DNA from: Reclinomonas americana ATCC 50394
Taxonomy: Eukaryota
Reading direction: 5' to 3'
NCBI GenBank assembly: GCA_048213135.1
Contig: PS015010.1
Coordinates: 620,001 to 684,000, forward strand
Length of the DNA: 64,000 bases
Shown here: piece after piece, positions 39,717 to 48,829 of the stretch
How the letters are laid out: each line of letters opens with the position of its first letter
How positions within the stretch are numbered: position 1 is the stretch's first letter
Notes under the pieces: model-generated
Told to the model about the DNA's origin: nothing
The model's database searches: none
The model's input: only the letters and a program-made list of their open reading frames with translations
Translations under genes and position numbers: made by a program

Positions 39717-41354
39717 TTATTTAGTGTTTAATTTTTTTTCGATTTTCTTTAAATACTTTATTACTTCGGAAGCTGATTTTTCAAATTTTGACTTTGCTTC
39801 ATCATGATTTTTATTAATCCAACCCATTATTTTATTAAAGTAATTTCGTTTAGCTTCTCTTTTTTCAGATTGTTTGGTGGTTTCTAAGATTAATTTAAAT
39901 TCTTCTTGAAACTCTTCCGGGAAATATTCTTCAATATTAGATTTAGAGAGAGTAATAAAGTGTTCTTTTCCCCAACTTCTTGCAAACTTTTGTTTTAACT
40001 GTTCTATATTTTTAGTGCCAGTAGCATCCCCATCGGCCATTACCCATGCACGGGATTTATATACTGGGTTTTGATGTATAAAAACAAACAGTCTTAGGAA
40101 ATCATGAAATCTTGGAGTTAAATCATCTGCGCCGGATGCAGCTATGGTTTTAATTTTATTTTTTAAAAAGGGGCAGAAAGTCGGTATTAGAAATTCATTG
40201 ATTAGAGTTTCTGCAGATGATTCTTCGAGAATTAAGTAAGATTTGTATAAATCGAAATCAAATAAGTCATAACCCAACTCTTCGAGTAGTTCCATCTTCT
40301 TAACTGGATTGTTTTCTAGGGCACTTATTGTCGAAGTAGGGAGTTTGTCCTCTGGAGTTTCATCAAATGGCTTCCATTGAGTGTGAAATATTTTTGCTGA
40401 ATTTACCCCGAGATACTTTACAACAATGTTTGAATGAGTTGAAATTACGAATTGATTATTAGTAGACTTTTCGACAATTAATTCAAGTAGTTTTTTTAGA
40501 GCTTTAGGATGGATGTCATTCTCTAATTCCTCTATTAGATATAATTTTCTATCTTCTGTAAGTAGCATGACCAGTAGTCCTAAAATATTTATGACCCCTT
40601 CTCCCATACTCTCAACTGTAATGACAGTATTTCCTCCAACAAAAATTCCTGTGTTTGACTGGCTGTCTGCATGCGGAATAACTCCTATGTTAAATCCTAA
40701 TATTTCGTCGACATGTCTAATGAAGTCCTTATACTTCGGATGCGAAGGATTAGTTAGTTTTTGAATTTTGGATGTAATATTACGTAAGTCTTCCCCAACA
40801 CTAAAAGCTTCTTTTGTACCTAGCTGATTGTTGTAATAATTGGTTTTTCGTTTTGCAAAAAAAGGATAAATGAAGTTGTTTTGTGTCTCTACAGTAGGGA
40901 ATCCGGTGAATTCCTTTTTTTGTTCTCCCAGCTTATTTCCATTAAGGAAACTTAGAAGACCATCTTTATTAATCGAAAATTCGCTATTGAGATTAAAATA
41001 GAAGTACTCTATCTTTCTTTTTTGATCAACTAGATTAGGGTATAGATTGAAGCTGACTTTTACCCTGTCGGTATTGGGGAACTGTTCAAAATGTTCTAGC
41101 TGATTTATTTGGAATAATTCTCTTTCTTTATTGGATATATCTTCTAGGTCAATAAATATTCTGCCCGTTTCCTTTGTTTTTCTTACGTCGTCATAAGAAA
41201 TTGTGTGAATACTCTGGAGTTTAAATAGAGCTTTTATTACCGTAGATTTACCTGAATTATTATTTCCTACTAAGAGATTGATTGAATTTGAAAAATCTAT
41301 TTTAATATTCTTAAAAGAACGAATATTGATTAGATGAAGACTACGAATGTACAT
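39717..41354 (-). CDS. OLD-like ATP-dependent nuclease (ABC ATPase plus TOPRIM), AT-rich
   Basis: Walker A GNNNSGKS, MGEG signature, Walker B LIEELENDIHP, ISTHS; C-terminal LILEE...MADGD. Confidence 0.75.
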   Translation of the reverse strand: MYIRSLHLINIRSFKNIKIDFSNSINLLVGNNNSGKSTVIKALFKLQSIHTISYDDVRKTKETGRIFIDLEDISNKERELFQINQLEHFEQFPNTDRVKVSFNLYPNLVDQKRKIEYFYFNLNSEFSINKDGLLSFLNGNKLGEQKKEFTGFPTVETQNNFIYPFFAKRKTNYYNNQLGTKEAFSVGEDLRNITSKIQKLTNPSHPKYKDFIRHVDEILGFNIGVIPHADSQSNTGIFVGGNTVITVESMGEGVINILGLLVMLLTEDRKLYLIEELENDIHPKALKKLLELIVEKSTNNQFVISTHSNIVVKYLGVNSAKIFHTQWKPFDETPEDKLPTSTISALENNPVKKMELLEELGYDLFDFDLYKSYLILEESSAETLINEFLIPTFCPFLKNKIKTIAASGADDLTPRFHDFLRLFVFIHQNPVYKSRAWVMADGDATGTKNIEQLKQKFARSWGKEHFITLSKSNIEEYFPEEFQEEFKLILETTKQSEKREAKRNYFNKIMGWINKNHDEAKSKFEKSASEVIKYLKKIEKKLNTK

Positions 41355-41407
41355 GTATTAGTTTCTTCAAATATAAATTAAATTTGGAATGGCAGTTTTC
41401 TCATATC

Positions 41408-41442
41408 AAAAAAGACCACCAGCCCTCTCAACTGGCGGCCTT
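41408..41442 (-). terminator. Intrinsic terminator of the symE-like gene
   Basis: Minus strand AGGCCGCCAG-loop-CTGGTGGTCT followed by TTTTT. Confidence 0.65.
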
Positions 41443-41474
41443 CCATTCTCTCCTTAACCTTCTTTACTCATCAT

Positions 41475-41699
41475 TTACACATATTCCCATTCCGGTATTT
41501 CTTCCAGTTCTACAATAAGTACCTTATGCCGAACGGTTACCCTTACCGCATCGCCGGGGTTAAACCCCATCCGCTGCAGCCAGTTGCCCGCCAGCATAAT
41601 TTCGGGGTACAGTACTGCCTCCCCGCTTCCAACCCTTAACCGGGGGTGCACTTTCAGCAACCTTACCGGCCTGTCTTTTCCTTTTGAAGGTGTACGCAT
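41475..41699 (-). CDS. symE: SymE-family type I toxin
   Basis: PEIMLAGNWLQRMGFNPGDAVRVTV...LIV matches the SymE (AbrB-fold) motif. Confidence 0.75.
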   Translation of the reverse strand: MRTPSKGKDRPVRLLKVHPRLRVGSGEAVLYPEIMLAGNWLQRMGFNPGDAVRVTVRHKVLIVELEEIPEWEYV

Positions 41700-41957
41700 A
41701 TCTAATATTGTTTTGAATTAGCCGGACAGTGGTGCGTACACCTCCTTCCAACGGATCTTGTACAGGACTTTCACCTGCGCTCTGCCCGGCTTTGTTAATT
41801 AATAAAGTCATTCGTTGGTTGGAATGATGAAAGTGTCGCAGTACAAATCTATATGCATAAAAAAAGTTCCCGTTGCGGGAACTACGTAACTTTTTTACAA
41901 ATAAATCCTTATAGAAAGAGGGGAGAAGTTGGCCCGTTATCTTCCAATATCCCGGCT

Positions 41958-42228
41958 ACTGACACTATTACCGGGTCAACGCATACTTTTTGTTGAGTAG
42001 CGGATACTTTTACCACCGCCGCCCATACTTTTGGTCATGTTACGGATACTTTTCCTGGTGTAACGAATACTTTTCGTGGCATGGCGCTTACTTTTTCCTG
42101 TGCATCGGATACTTTTCGGAGCGTGACGGATATTGTTGCCACAGCCGCTGACACTATTACCGGGTTAACGCATACTTTTTGCTTTGCAGCAGATAGAACT
42201 GGCGCCGCCGCCTGTACTTTTCAAACCG
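41958..42228. repeat. Degenerate tandem array with 21-bp period (about 13 units, core ATACTTTT)
   Basis: Cores at 41962, 41983, 42004, 42025, 42046, 42067, 42088, 42109, 42130, 42151, 42172, 42193, 42214. Confidence 0.85.
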
Positions 42229-42942
42229 CTACTGGTATTGCAGCAGCATTACCGCACTCATGGCAATCATAAGCACATCTTCAGTAATGGTAACAGTACT
42301 CATAGGCAGTTCGAAAACTGCACCCAGGCAGGCACACTGTATCTTTCTTTTGTTAAGTACGCTTTGTATTACACCGATAACGCTTACACCCATCACCACC
42401 AGGGTAACGATGTTTGTCAGTTGTGGCTCAAACCCGGTGGCGTAGGCCAGGCCCAGTGCCAGTTCCACAAAGGGATAGATATAGGCCCACACACGGAACT
42501 TTCCCGCGACAATGTCGTACATACTGTAACTGTCGGCAAAGCCTCGCAGGTTCAGCAGTTTGAAAAAGGAGAACGCGATGAAGAACCCGGCCATGAATGC
42601 GTTCATAGCATGCATCCAGTTGAAGCCGCCGTGCTGTGTCGCCGCTATAATAGCAACAGCGCTGATATAGCCCAGCAGCACCAGTAACGGTTTGTAAGTA
42701 CGCAGCCATTGCCCGGTTTGTTCGGCAGCTTCATTATGTTCCATGGCTGAAATATGGTATTTCTCACCAAGCGCTTTCTGCAGGTCCGGCAAAGCGATGT
42801 GCTTATCCATGCTGATGGTGGCTGATTGTTTTTCTTTTGAAACTTCAGCACCGGTAACGTGGGGCAGCATCAGTAAACTGCTTTTTACTTTGGCTTCGCA
42901 ACTGCCGCAGGTCATGCCGGTGACGGTATAGGTATGTGTCAT
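42229..42942 (-). CDS. Heavy-metal-associated (HMA) domain plus MauE/DoxX membrane domain protein
   Basis: GMTCGSC; GFADSYSMYD, YPFVEL, CACLG. Confidence 0.85.
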   Translation of the reverse strand: MTHTYTVTGMTCGSCEAKVKSSLLMLPHVTGAEVSKEKQSATISMDKHIALPDLQKALGEKYHISAMEHNEAAEQTGQWLRTYKPLLVLLGYISAVAIIAATQHGGFNWMHAMNAFMAGFFIAFSFFKLLNLRGFADSYSMYDIVAGKFRVWAYIYPFVELALGLAYATGFEPQLTNIVTLVVMGVSVIGVIQSVLNKRKIQCACLGAVFELPMSTVTITEDVLMIAMSAVMLLQYQ

Positions 42943-43018
42943 GATTATTATTTTGACACAAAGGTAGAACAGGCTGCAGGCGGCACTGTTACAGTATTCT
43001 GTATTTGAATTGTAAGAT

Positions 43019-43579
43019 TTACAGGTCCTCTATATTGCGGCGTTTGTTTTCTTTCAGCGACTTGAAATAGGAAGGGGTGAGGCCGGTCACTTTTTTGAAC
43101 TGGTTCGACAGGTAGGCCACACTGCTGTACCCCAGCCGGTCGGCGATCTCCGATAAGGTGAGCTCATCATACACCAGCAACTCCTTTACTTTTTCTATAC
43201 GATGGGCGATGTAATATTTTTCGATGGTGGTGCCTTCCACTTCAGAGAAAAGATTGCTGAGGTAGTTATAGTCCTGGTGCAGGCGGGAGGCGATGTGGTC
43301 AGACAGGTTGGTTTGTAAAGTGTCACCCGAATGGTGCACCAGTTCTACAATCGCGTTCCTGATCTTTTCAATGGTCTGCACTTTTTTATTGTCGATCAGT
43401 TCAAAACCCAGTGCTTTCAGGTTGTGATTGATCTGCTCAAGTTGTTGGGGACCGGGGCTGTTTTCCAGTTCCACTTCACCCAGTTCTACTGACAACGGTT
43501 CCAGTCCCGCTTTCTCTATTTCGTTTTTCACCATCATTTTGCAGCGGCTGCACACCATGTTTTTGATGTAGAGTTTCAT
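43019..43579 (-). CDS. AraC-family regulator with N-terminal HMA-like CxxC
   Basis: IKNMVCSRC; LSEIADRLGYSSVAYLSNQFKKVTGLTPS. Confidence 0.88.
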   Translation of the reverse strand: MKLYIKNMVCSRCKMMVKNEIEKAGLEPLSVELGEVELENSPGPQQLEQINHNLKALGFELIDNKKVQTIEKIRNAIVELVHHSGDTLQTNLSDHIASRLHQDYNYLSNLFSEVEGTTIEKYYIAHRIEKVKELLVYDELTLSEIADRLGYSSVAYLSNQFKKVTGLTPSYFKSLKENKRRNIEDL

Positions 43580-43657
43580 GCGGTAAAGTTAGAACAACTG
43601 TTTCAAAGGAAGTCCGTGCGGACAGGGTTTCCCAGTCTATTTAGTATATTTGGGAAG

Positions 43658-44644
43658 ATGAAACTGTACCGCCTTCTTGCCTGTACCAGTATTGCCTGCT
43701 GCATGCTGCTGGCCACCACCCGGGCCGCGGCACAGGATTCTGCTGCTCAGTATAAATTGGTATTTGACACCTCTTTGCTTAGTCCCATCAGCCTTGTATC
43801 CATTTCTAATCTTTCTCCAATTGGTTATATCAATCATTCTCCCGATGCCCGGGACCGCAGGAATGTAAAACGGTATGCCAGCCTGATTAAAGGACAGCCC
43901 GACAAAAATAATTATGACCGTTATTCCCGGGTAGCCTGCTCCTTATGGCACCTGAACAGGATAGACGAAGCGGAACACATGTTCAGGACCATCATCCGGT
44001 CGAAAGCGCCTTACTATACCAGTACCCGTTTTCACAGTGCAGGCAACATATATGAATACGGAAGCTTTACCAGTAATTATAAAAATAAGGCGGCCTTATA
44101 CCTGTGCAGGATAGCCGTTGAAAAGAAGAATTTTGAAGTGGCGCTGCGTTACCTCAATGATGCCGTTACCCGTTACCGGGTTTACTTTACCTGTGGCACA
44201 GGTGCCAACTGGATGCAGGATGAATACGATAACCTGTTTGCACTCTGCTATTCGGGTTTGAAACAATACAGTAAACTGCTGGAACTGCTTTTGCCTAAAA
44301 GCATGATAAGAGATAACGAATTGCTGATGGAGACGATAAAGAAACTATACTCACCTGCTGAAGCGGGACAAGAGCTGAAAGCCGCGGAAGCATCGATGCG
44401 ATGTGAAACAGACAGTTTTCCTTCCTTGTCTTACAGCGAGACTCCGGATGGTAAGATGATGGATTCCATATATTATTATTCCGGCAGGGCTCAGGTAAAA
44501 TTATTTGGTATAGATGTTCCTTTACATAGACCGGATCTTAAAAACGGCGAACGGGCAACCCGGGAACTTTTCCTGCGGGAATTCCGGGAAAGCCAGTTGT
44601 ACCAGGCTTTAGCAGGGTTTGCCGGGTTACGCCAGGATGAATAA
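43658..44644 (+). CDS. Hypothetical exported protein with TPR-like helices
   Basis: Signal peptide ending AAAQ; helical repeats. Confidence 0.6.
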   Translation: MKLYRLLACTSIACCMLLATTRAAAQDSAAQYKLVFDTSLLSPISLVSISNLSPIGYINHSPDARDRRNVKRYASLIKGQPDKNNYDRYSRVACSLWHLNRIDEAEHMFRTIIRSKAPYYTSTRFHSAGNIYEYGSFTSNYKNKAALYLCRIAVEKKNFEVALRYLNDAVTRYRVYFTCGTGANWMQDEYDNLFALCYSGLKQYSKLLELLLPKSMIRDNELLMETIKKLYSPAEAGQELKAAEASMRCETDSFPSLSYSETPDGKMMDSIYYYSGRAQVKLFGIDVPLHRPDLKNGERATRELFLREFRESQLYQALAGFAGLRQDE

Positions 44645-44650
44645 CAGCAA

Positions 44651-45133
44651 ATGAAACTTCGGACTGAATTTTCTATTGGTTCCATACTGCTCAGGGGCGG
44701 GCTGACGGTGCTGGCCCTGCTGATCATCTATTTTGAATATGGCCCCGTCCGCAACGTGGAGGTTGATATGGTGAACATGCTGGCGTATGGTCTTTTTCTT
44801 CCCGCTTACCTGGTATTCCAGACCATCGTTATTGCATTGTTGGCCGGAACACCCATCAGGGCCATACAGGGAGTTTACAACTGGTGGTTTCGTAAGCCCT
44901 GTATTCCGTTGCTGCTGCTGGTTGCAGGTATTGTTCTTTGCCTGCTTTCCAACCAGGACGGATTTGCAGAATACATACCCGTTGCAAAAGACAGTGAAGA
45001 AACGTTTAAGGAACCGTTCTATCCTTTCCTGTATGCCGGGTGGTTCACTACGGCTTTTGCTTTATTGCACTTTTATCCCGAATCACTGGCCAGGCTCTGG
45101 AAAAAGGATATCATTTCCTGGCCCCATGTATAA
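44651..45133 (+). CDS. Hypothetical membrane protein
   Basis: Four hydrophobic segments; 6-bp gap from the previous gene. Confidence 0.6.
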   Translation: MKLRTEFSIGSILLRGGLTVLALLIIYFEYGPVRNVEVDMVNMLAYGLFLPAYLVFQTIVIALLAGTPIRAIQGVYNWWFRKPCIPLLLLVAGIVLCLLSNQDGFAEYIPVAKDSEETFKEPFYPFLYAGWFTTAFALLHFYPESLARLWKKDIISWPHV

Positions 45134-45163
45134 TTTTCGATAAAAAGTTAAACTCTTCATACT

Positions 45164-45595
45164 ATGCCCGGTATCTTTCATTATTTCCCGGTTAATGCCG
45201 CTGCGCCTGCAGTTTTTGAAGCCATTTCCACACCCGGTGGCCTGGCCTGCTGGTGGACAAAATCATCAGAGGGTCATTCCGCGGCGGGAAAGGAGTACCG
45301 TCTTTTTTTCGGTGCTGCATACGATTGGCGGGCGAAGGTGAGCAGTTATGAAAAAGATAAAGTATTTGAATTAAGGATGACATCCGCCATGGCAGACTGG
45401 ATGAATACGGAAGTGAGATTTGAACTACGGGAAAAGGATGGTTTGACCTGGGTTGACTTCTCTCACAAAGGCTGGCCGGAATTCAGCGAACATTACCGCA
45501 TCTCTTCTTTCTGCTGGGCTATGTATTTGCGCCTGCTGAAGCGTTATGCCGAGTTCGGGGAAGTGGTGGAATATGAAAAGCGGCTTGACGTGTAA
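45164..45595 (+). CDS. SRPBCC (AHSA1-like) domain protein
   Basis: VFEAISTPGGLACWW...FSHKGW...WAMYLRLLKRYAE. Confidence 0.85.
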   Translation: MPGIFHYFPVNAAAPAVFEAISTPGGLACWWTKSSEGHSAAGKEYRLFFGAAYDWRAKVSSYEKDKVFELRMTSAMADWMNTEVRFELREKDGLTWVDFSHKGWPEFSEHYRISSFCWAMYLRLLKRYAEFGEVVEYEKRLDV

Positions 45596-45599
45596 TGCC

Positions 45600-46640
45600 T
45601 TACCACACGGCTCTTGCAGTAGGACCTGCATCGAGTGAAGTAAAATCTTTTGCCAGGAATTTATAGTGACCGGTTATGGCGATCATGGCGGCATTGTCGG
45701 TGCAGTATTCAAAAGCGGGAATGTAAGTGTCCCAGTGCATTTTTTCGCCCAGTTCGGTAAAAGACCTGCGCAGCCCGCTGTTGGCGCTTACGCCGCCTGC
45801 CAGGCAGAGTTGCGAGATGCCGGTTTGCTGTGCGGCTTTCTTCAATTTATTGAGTAATATGCTGATGATCCTGTCCTGTACAGAAGCGCAGATGTCTTCC
45901 AGGTTATCCTGTATAAATTGTTTTACGGTTGCTTCATCTGCCACAAATTCTTCCTTGTATACATTGCTTTGTCCGGCGTTTTTCAGGAAATAGAGAATAG
46001 ATGTTTTGAGACCGCTGAAGCTGAAGTTGAGCCCCTCTATCTGTGGCTCGGGAAAACGGAATCTTTTGGGATCGCCTTTTGCCGCGTATTTATCTACCAG
46101 CGGACCGCCGGGGTAGGGAAGTCCGAGCAGTTTGGCTGTTTTGTCAAAAGCCTCGCCCGCCGCGTCGTCAATGGTTTCGCCCAGTATGCTGAGTTGTGTG
46201 GGTGAATCGCAGCGCACGATCTGTGTATGCCCGCCGCTTACGGTCAGGCAGAGAAACGGGAAAGATGGTCTTCTTTCTGGAATAAGATTGGCCAATACAT
46301 GCGCCTGCATATGGTGTACGGCAATGAGTGGTTTATCCAGTCCCAGCGCCAGCGATTTGGCAAACTGGGCGCCTACCAGCAGGGAGCCGATCAGCCCCGG
46401 CGCCTGTGTGAACGCGATGGCGTCGATGTCTTTCATGTCGCAGCCCGCCTGCTTTACAGCCGCATCCACCACGGGTACGATATTCTGCATATGGGCACGG
46501 CTGGCCAGTTCGGGTACCACACCGCCATACTGTTCGTGAACGGTTTGATTGGCGATCTTATTGGACAGTATGATTCCATCACGGCATACCGCGGCAGATG
46601 TTTCATCGCAGGAAGACTCTATGGCGAGAATAGTAGACAA
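45600..46640 (-). CDS. tsaD: tRNA N6-threonylcarbamoyladenosine transferase TsaD
   Basis: LAIESSCDETS, GGVVPELASRAH, HHMQAH, VSGGHT, DDAAGEAFDK, DNAAMI. Confidence 0.96.
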   Translation of the reverse strand: MSTILAIESSCDETSAAVCRDGIILSNKIANQTVHEQYGGVVPELASRAHMQNIVPVVDAAVKQAGCDMKDIDAIAFTQAPGLIGSLLVGAQFAKSLALGLDKPLIAVHHMQAHVLANLIPERRPSFPFLCLTVSGGHTQIVRCDSPTQLSILGETIDDAAGEAFDKTAKLLGLPYPGGPLVDKYAAKGDPKRFRFPEPQIEGLNFSFSGLKTSILYFLKNAGQSNVYKEEFVADEATVKQFIQDNLEDICASVQDRIISILLNKLKKAAQQTGISQLCLAGGVSANSGLRRSFTELGEKMHWDTYIPAFEYCTDNAAMIAITGHYKFLAKDFTSLDAGPTARAVW

Positions 46641-46649
46641 AGTCTGCAA

Positions 46650-46799
46650 AATTACGAGACAATTACGAATTATGAATTACGAATTACAAATTACGAATGC
46701 CTCTGAAATATGATTCCTGATTTGATCATTCACATTTGAATAATTAAATGCAGCAATGCCCTAACAACATTCGTAATTGATAATTTGTAATTCGTAATT
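46650..46799. repeat. Inverted pair of heptamer tandem repeats, (AATTACG)n ... (CGTAATT)n
   Basis: Six units at 46650-46695 and four inverted units at 46772-46799. Confidence 0.8.
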
Positions 46800-48042
46800 A
46801 CTTACTCCGTATCGCCACCACCGGGTCCATCTTAGCTGCACGTGAAGCGGGAAAGATACCGGCGAGGATGCCAACGGCCACACATACAAAAATGGTGACA
46901 AACAGCATGGGAATGGAAATATAGACCGGGAAATTGAGCGGGCCTGATAATATCCGGGTAAGGATAAATACGAAAAGCAATCCAACCGCTCCGCCCATCA
47001 GGCAGAGTATGGTGGCTTCCATCAGGAATTCGAAGAGGATGCTGTTCTTTTTAGCGCCGATGGCTTTTTTCAAACCGATCACCGCTGTTCTTTCTTTTAC
47101 CGTTACAAACATGATATTGGCGATGCCGAACAGCCCTACAATAAGACTGATCACACCAATGATAGCGCCAACGATATTCACCGTGCCAAAAAATCCCGTA
47201 ATGGCTTTACTGAAGGCTTCCACGCTGTTGAGCGAAAAATTGTCTTCCTGTGTGGGTGAGAGGCGGCGTACCTGGCGCATGATGCCTTTCAGTTCGTCGG
47301 TAAGGGCGTCTGTAGTTACATCGGGCTTGCCCTTGGCGATGAGTATGGGATTGGCATTTTTTTCTTCAAACAACTGGCGGCAAAACTGGTAGGGCAGCAT
47401 GATGCAGTTGTCGTAATCCCAGCCAATGAAATTCTTGCCTTCCTTTTTAATCACCGCTACAATAGTGGCTTTCTTTCCTTTGATCTCTATTTGTTTGCCC
47501 AGTGCCCTGTCTGTAGTACCAAAAAGTGACTCTGCATTAGCATAACCAATAATACAAACACTGCTGCCGCTTTTGAATTCTGCAGGAGAAAAGAAGCGCC
47601 CGTTCTCGAAACTCAGGGGTTGAATGGCCATCTGGGCCTCATCAATGCCATATACGCTGGCATTCTGGATCACATCGTCTTTGTAGGAAATGCTGCCGCC
47701 CGTCTGCATCAGGAAAGTGATGTCATCCAGCAGCAGGGAGCGCTGGCGTATCATGCCGGCTTCTTCATACTTCATGGATGGCCGGGCCCTGAATTTCCAG
47801 ATGGGCTGATCGGGGCCGCCGCTGTAATCCCATTTATCTATATAGATGGTATTGCTGCCCAGGCTTTTCACTTCGTTCTGGATATTGCGTTCCAGGCTGT
47901 TTACCGTGGCCAGTACGCCAATGATACAGAAAATGCCGAAAGCGATACCGGTAAGGCTGAGTGCTGTGCGTAGTTTATTCACTTTCAGTTCCTGGAAAGT
48001 CAATCGGAGGGAATTCCGTAAGATGCTGAGCGTTTTGCGCAT
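46798..48042 (-). CDS. MacB/FtsX-family ABC permease
   Basis: NKLRTALSLTGI, GIANIMFVTVKERT, PASRAAKMDPV. Confidence 0.9.
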   Translation of the reverse strand: MRKTLSILRNSLRLTFQELKVNKLRTALSLTGIAFGIFCIIGVLATVNSLERNIQNEVKSLGSNTIYIDKWDYSGGPDQPIWKFRARPSMKYEEAGMIRQRSLLLDDITFLMQTGGSISYKDDVIQNASVYGIDEAQMAIQPLSFENGRFFSPAEFKSGSSVCIIGYANAESLFGTTDRALGKQIEIKGKKATIVAVIKKEGKNFIGWDYDNCIMLPYQFCRQLFEEKNANPILIAKGKPDVTTDALTDELKGIMRQVRRLSPTQEDNFSLNSVEAFSKAITGFFGTVNIVGAIIGVISLIVGLFGIANIMFVTVKERTAVIGLKKAIGAKKNSILFEFLMEATILCLMGGAVGLLFVFILTRILSGPLNFPVYISIPMLFVTIFVCVAVGILAGIFPASRAAKMDPVVAIRSK

Positions 48043-48103
48043 GTATCAAATTTACGGCTTACTGCTGTATTGCAGCCGTAAAGATACAGGAATGGCACTG
48101 TCA

Positions 48104-48532
48104 TCAGTTGTTATTCTTTGCCCCGTAGTTGTATTCCAGCCAGAAATCACACATGCTTTTAAGTGAGTTTACCAGTGGATTGAGGGAGGAAGGTTTAACT
48201 ACGTAGGCATTGGCGCCATTTTCGTATGCCGCTTTTACATCGGCGGGGTTGTCGGAAGTGGAGAACATGATCACAGGGGTAAAAGCCATCTCTTTTTCCG
48301 ACCGGATGCGTTTCACCAGTTCAAGCCCGTTGATACCGGGAAGGTCGATGTCCAGCAATATCATGGCCGGTTTCTGGTGACTGCCGTTGTGCGTAAAAAA
48401 GTCCAGCGCCTTGTTGCCACTGTTGATGGTGTGGAGTTCCATATTATCGCTGATCCTGCTAATGGCTTTCTTCACAAACCCAACGTAGTCCTCGTTGTCT
48501 TCTACGTATAATATATCTACTTTATCTTTCAT
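48104..48532 (-). CDS. Single-domain response regulator (Rcp/CheY-like)
   Basis: YVEDN, LLDIDLPG, FSTS, GANAYVVKP. Confidence 0.9.
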   Translation of the reverse strand: MKDKVDILYVEDNEDYVGFVKKAISRISDNMELHTINSGNKALDFFTHNGSHQKPAMILLDIDLPGINGLELVKRIRSEKEMAFTPVIMFSTSDNPADVKAAYENGANAYVVKPSSLNPLVNSLKSMCDFWLEYNYGAKNNN

Positions 48533-48829
48533 CGTCAGAGGGTTTTACTCTTATACTAATAAAAAACTGTGCCACCGCGGCCAGGTGTACAAATCAGACT
48601 TTCAGGTCACTTTTCAGGCCCTGTTTGTTAATGGTTTCAAGGGTTTGGTACGGCAAAACTGCACAGCCGCGGCTTTATAAGTGCCTTAACCGGTGGGCAT
48701 TGTGGAATTTATTCCGCAAAACGATGTCGCAACAGTGACCGGTTTTCCTCCTGTTTTTCCGGCCAAACCTTACCTTTGCGGCTCAAAAATGACCGGGATA
48801 AGGATCGCCTGCCCGTACAGCGGACAATT

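Noticed and set aside
39717-41900. Retron or Gabija system
   Set aside because: No reverse transcriptase or UvrD-like helicase gene adjacent
41958-42228. CRISPR or TIGR array
   Set aside because: Units are only 21 bp with degenerate cores; no cas or Nop-domain (Tas) gene in the window
42081-42272. 63-aa heptad-repeat ORF in the 21-bp array
   Set aside because: Starts mid-array, the same frame has an upstream stop, core codons are invariant, and it overlaps the convergent HMA gene
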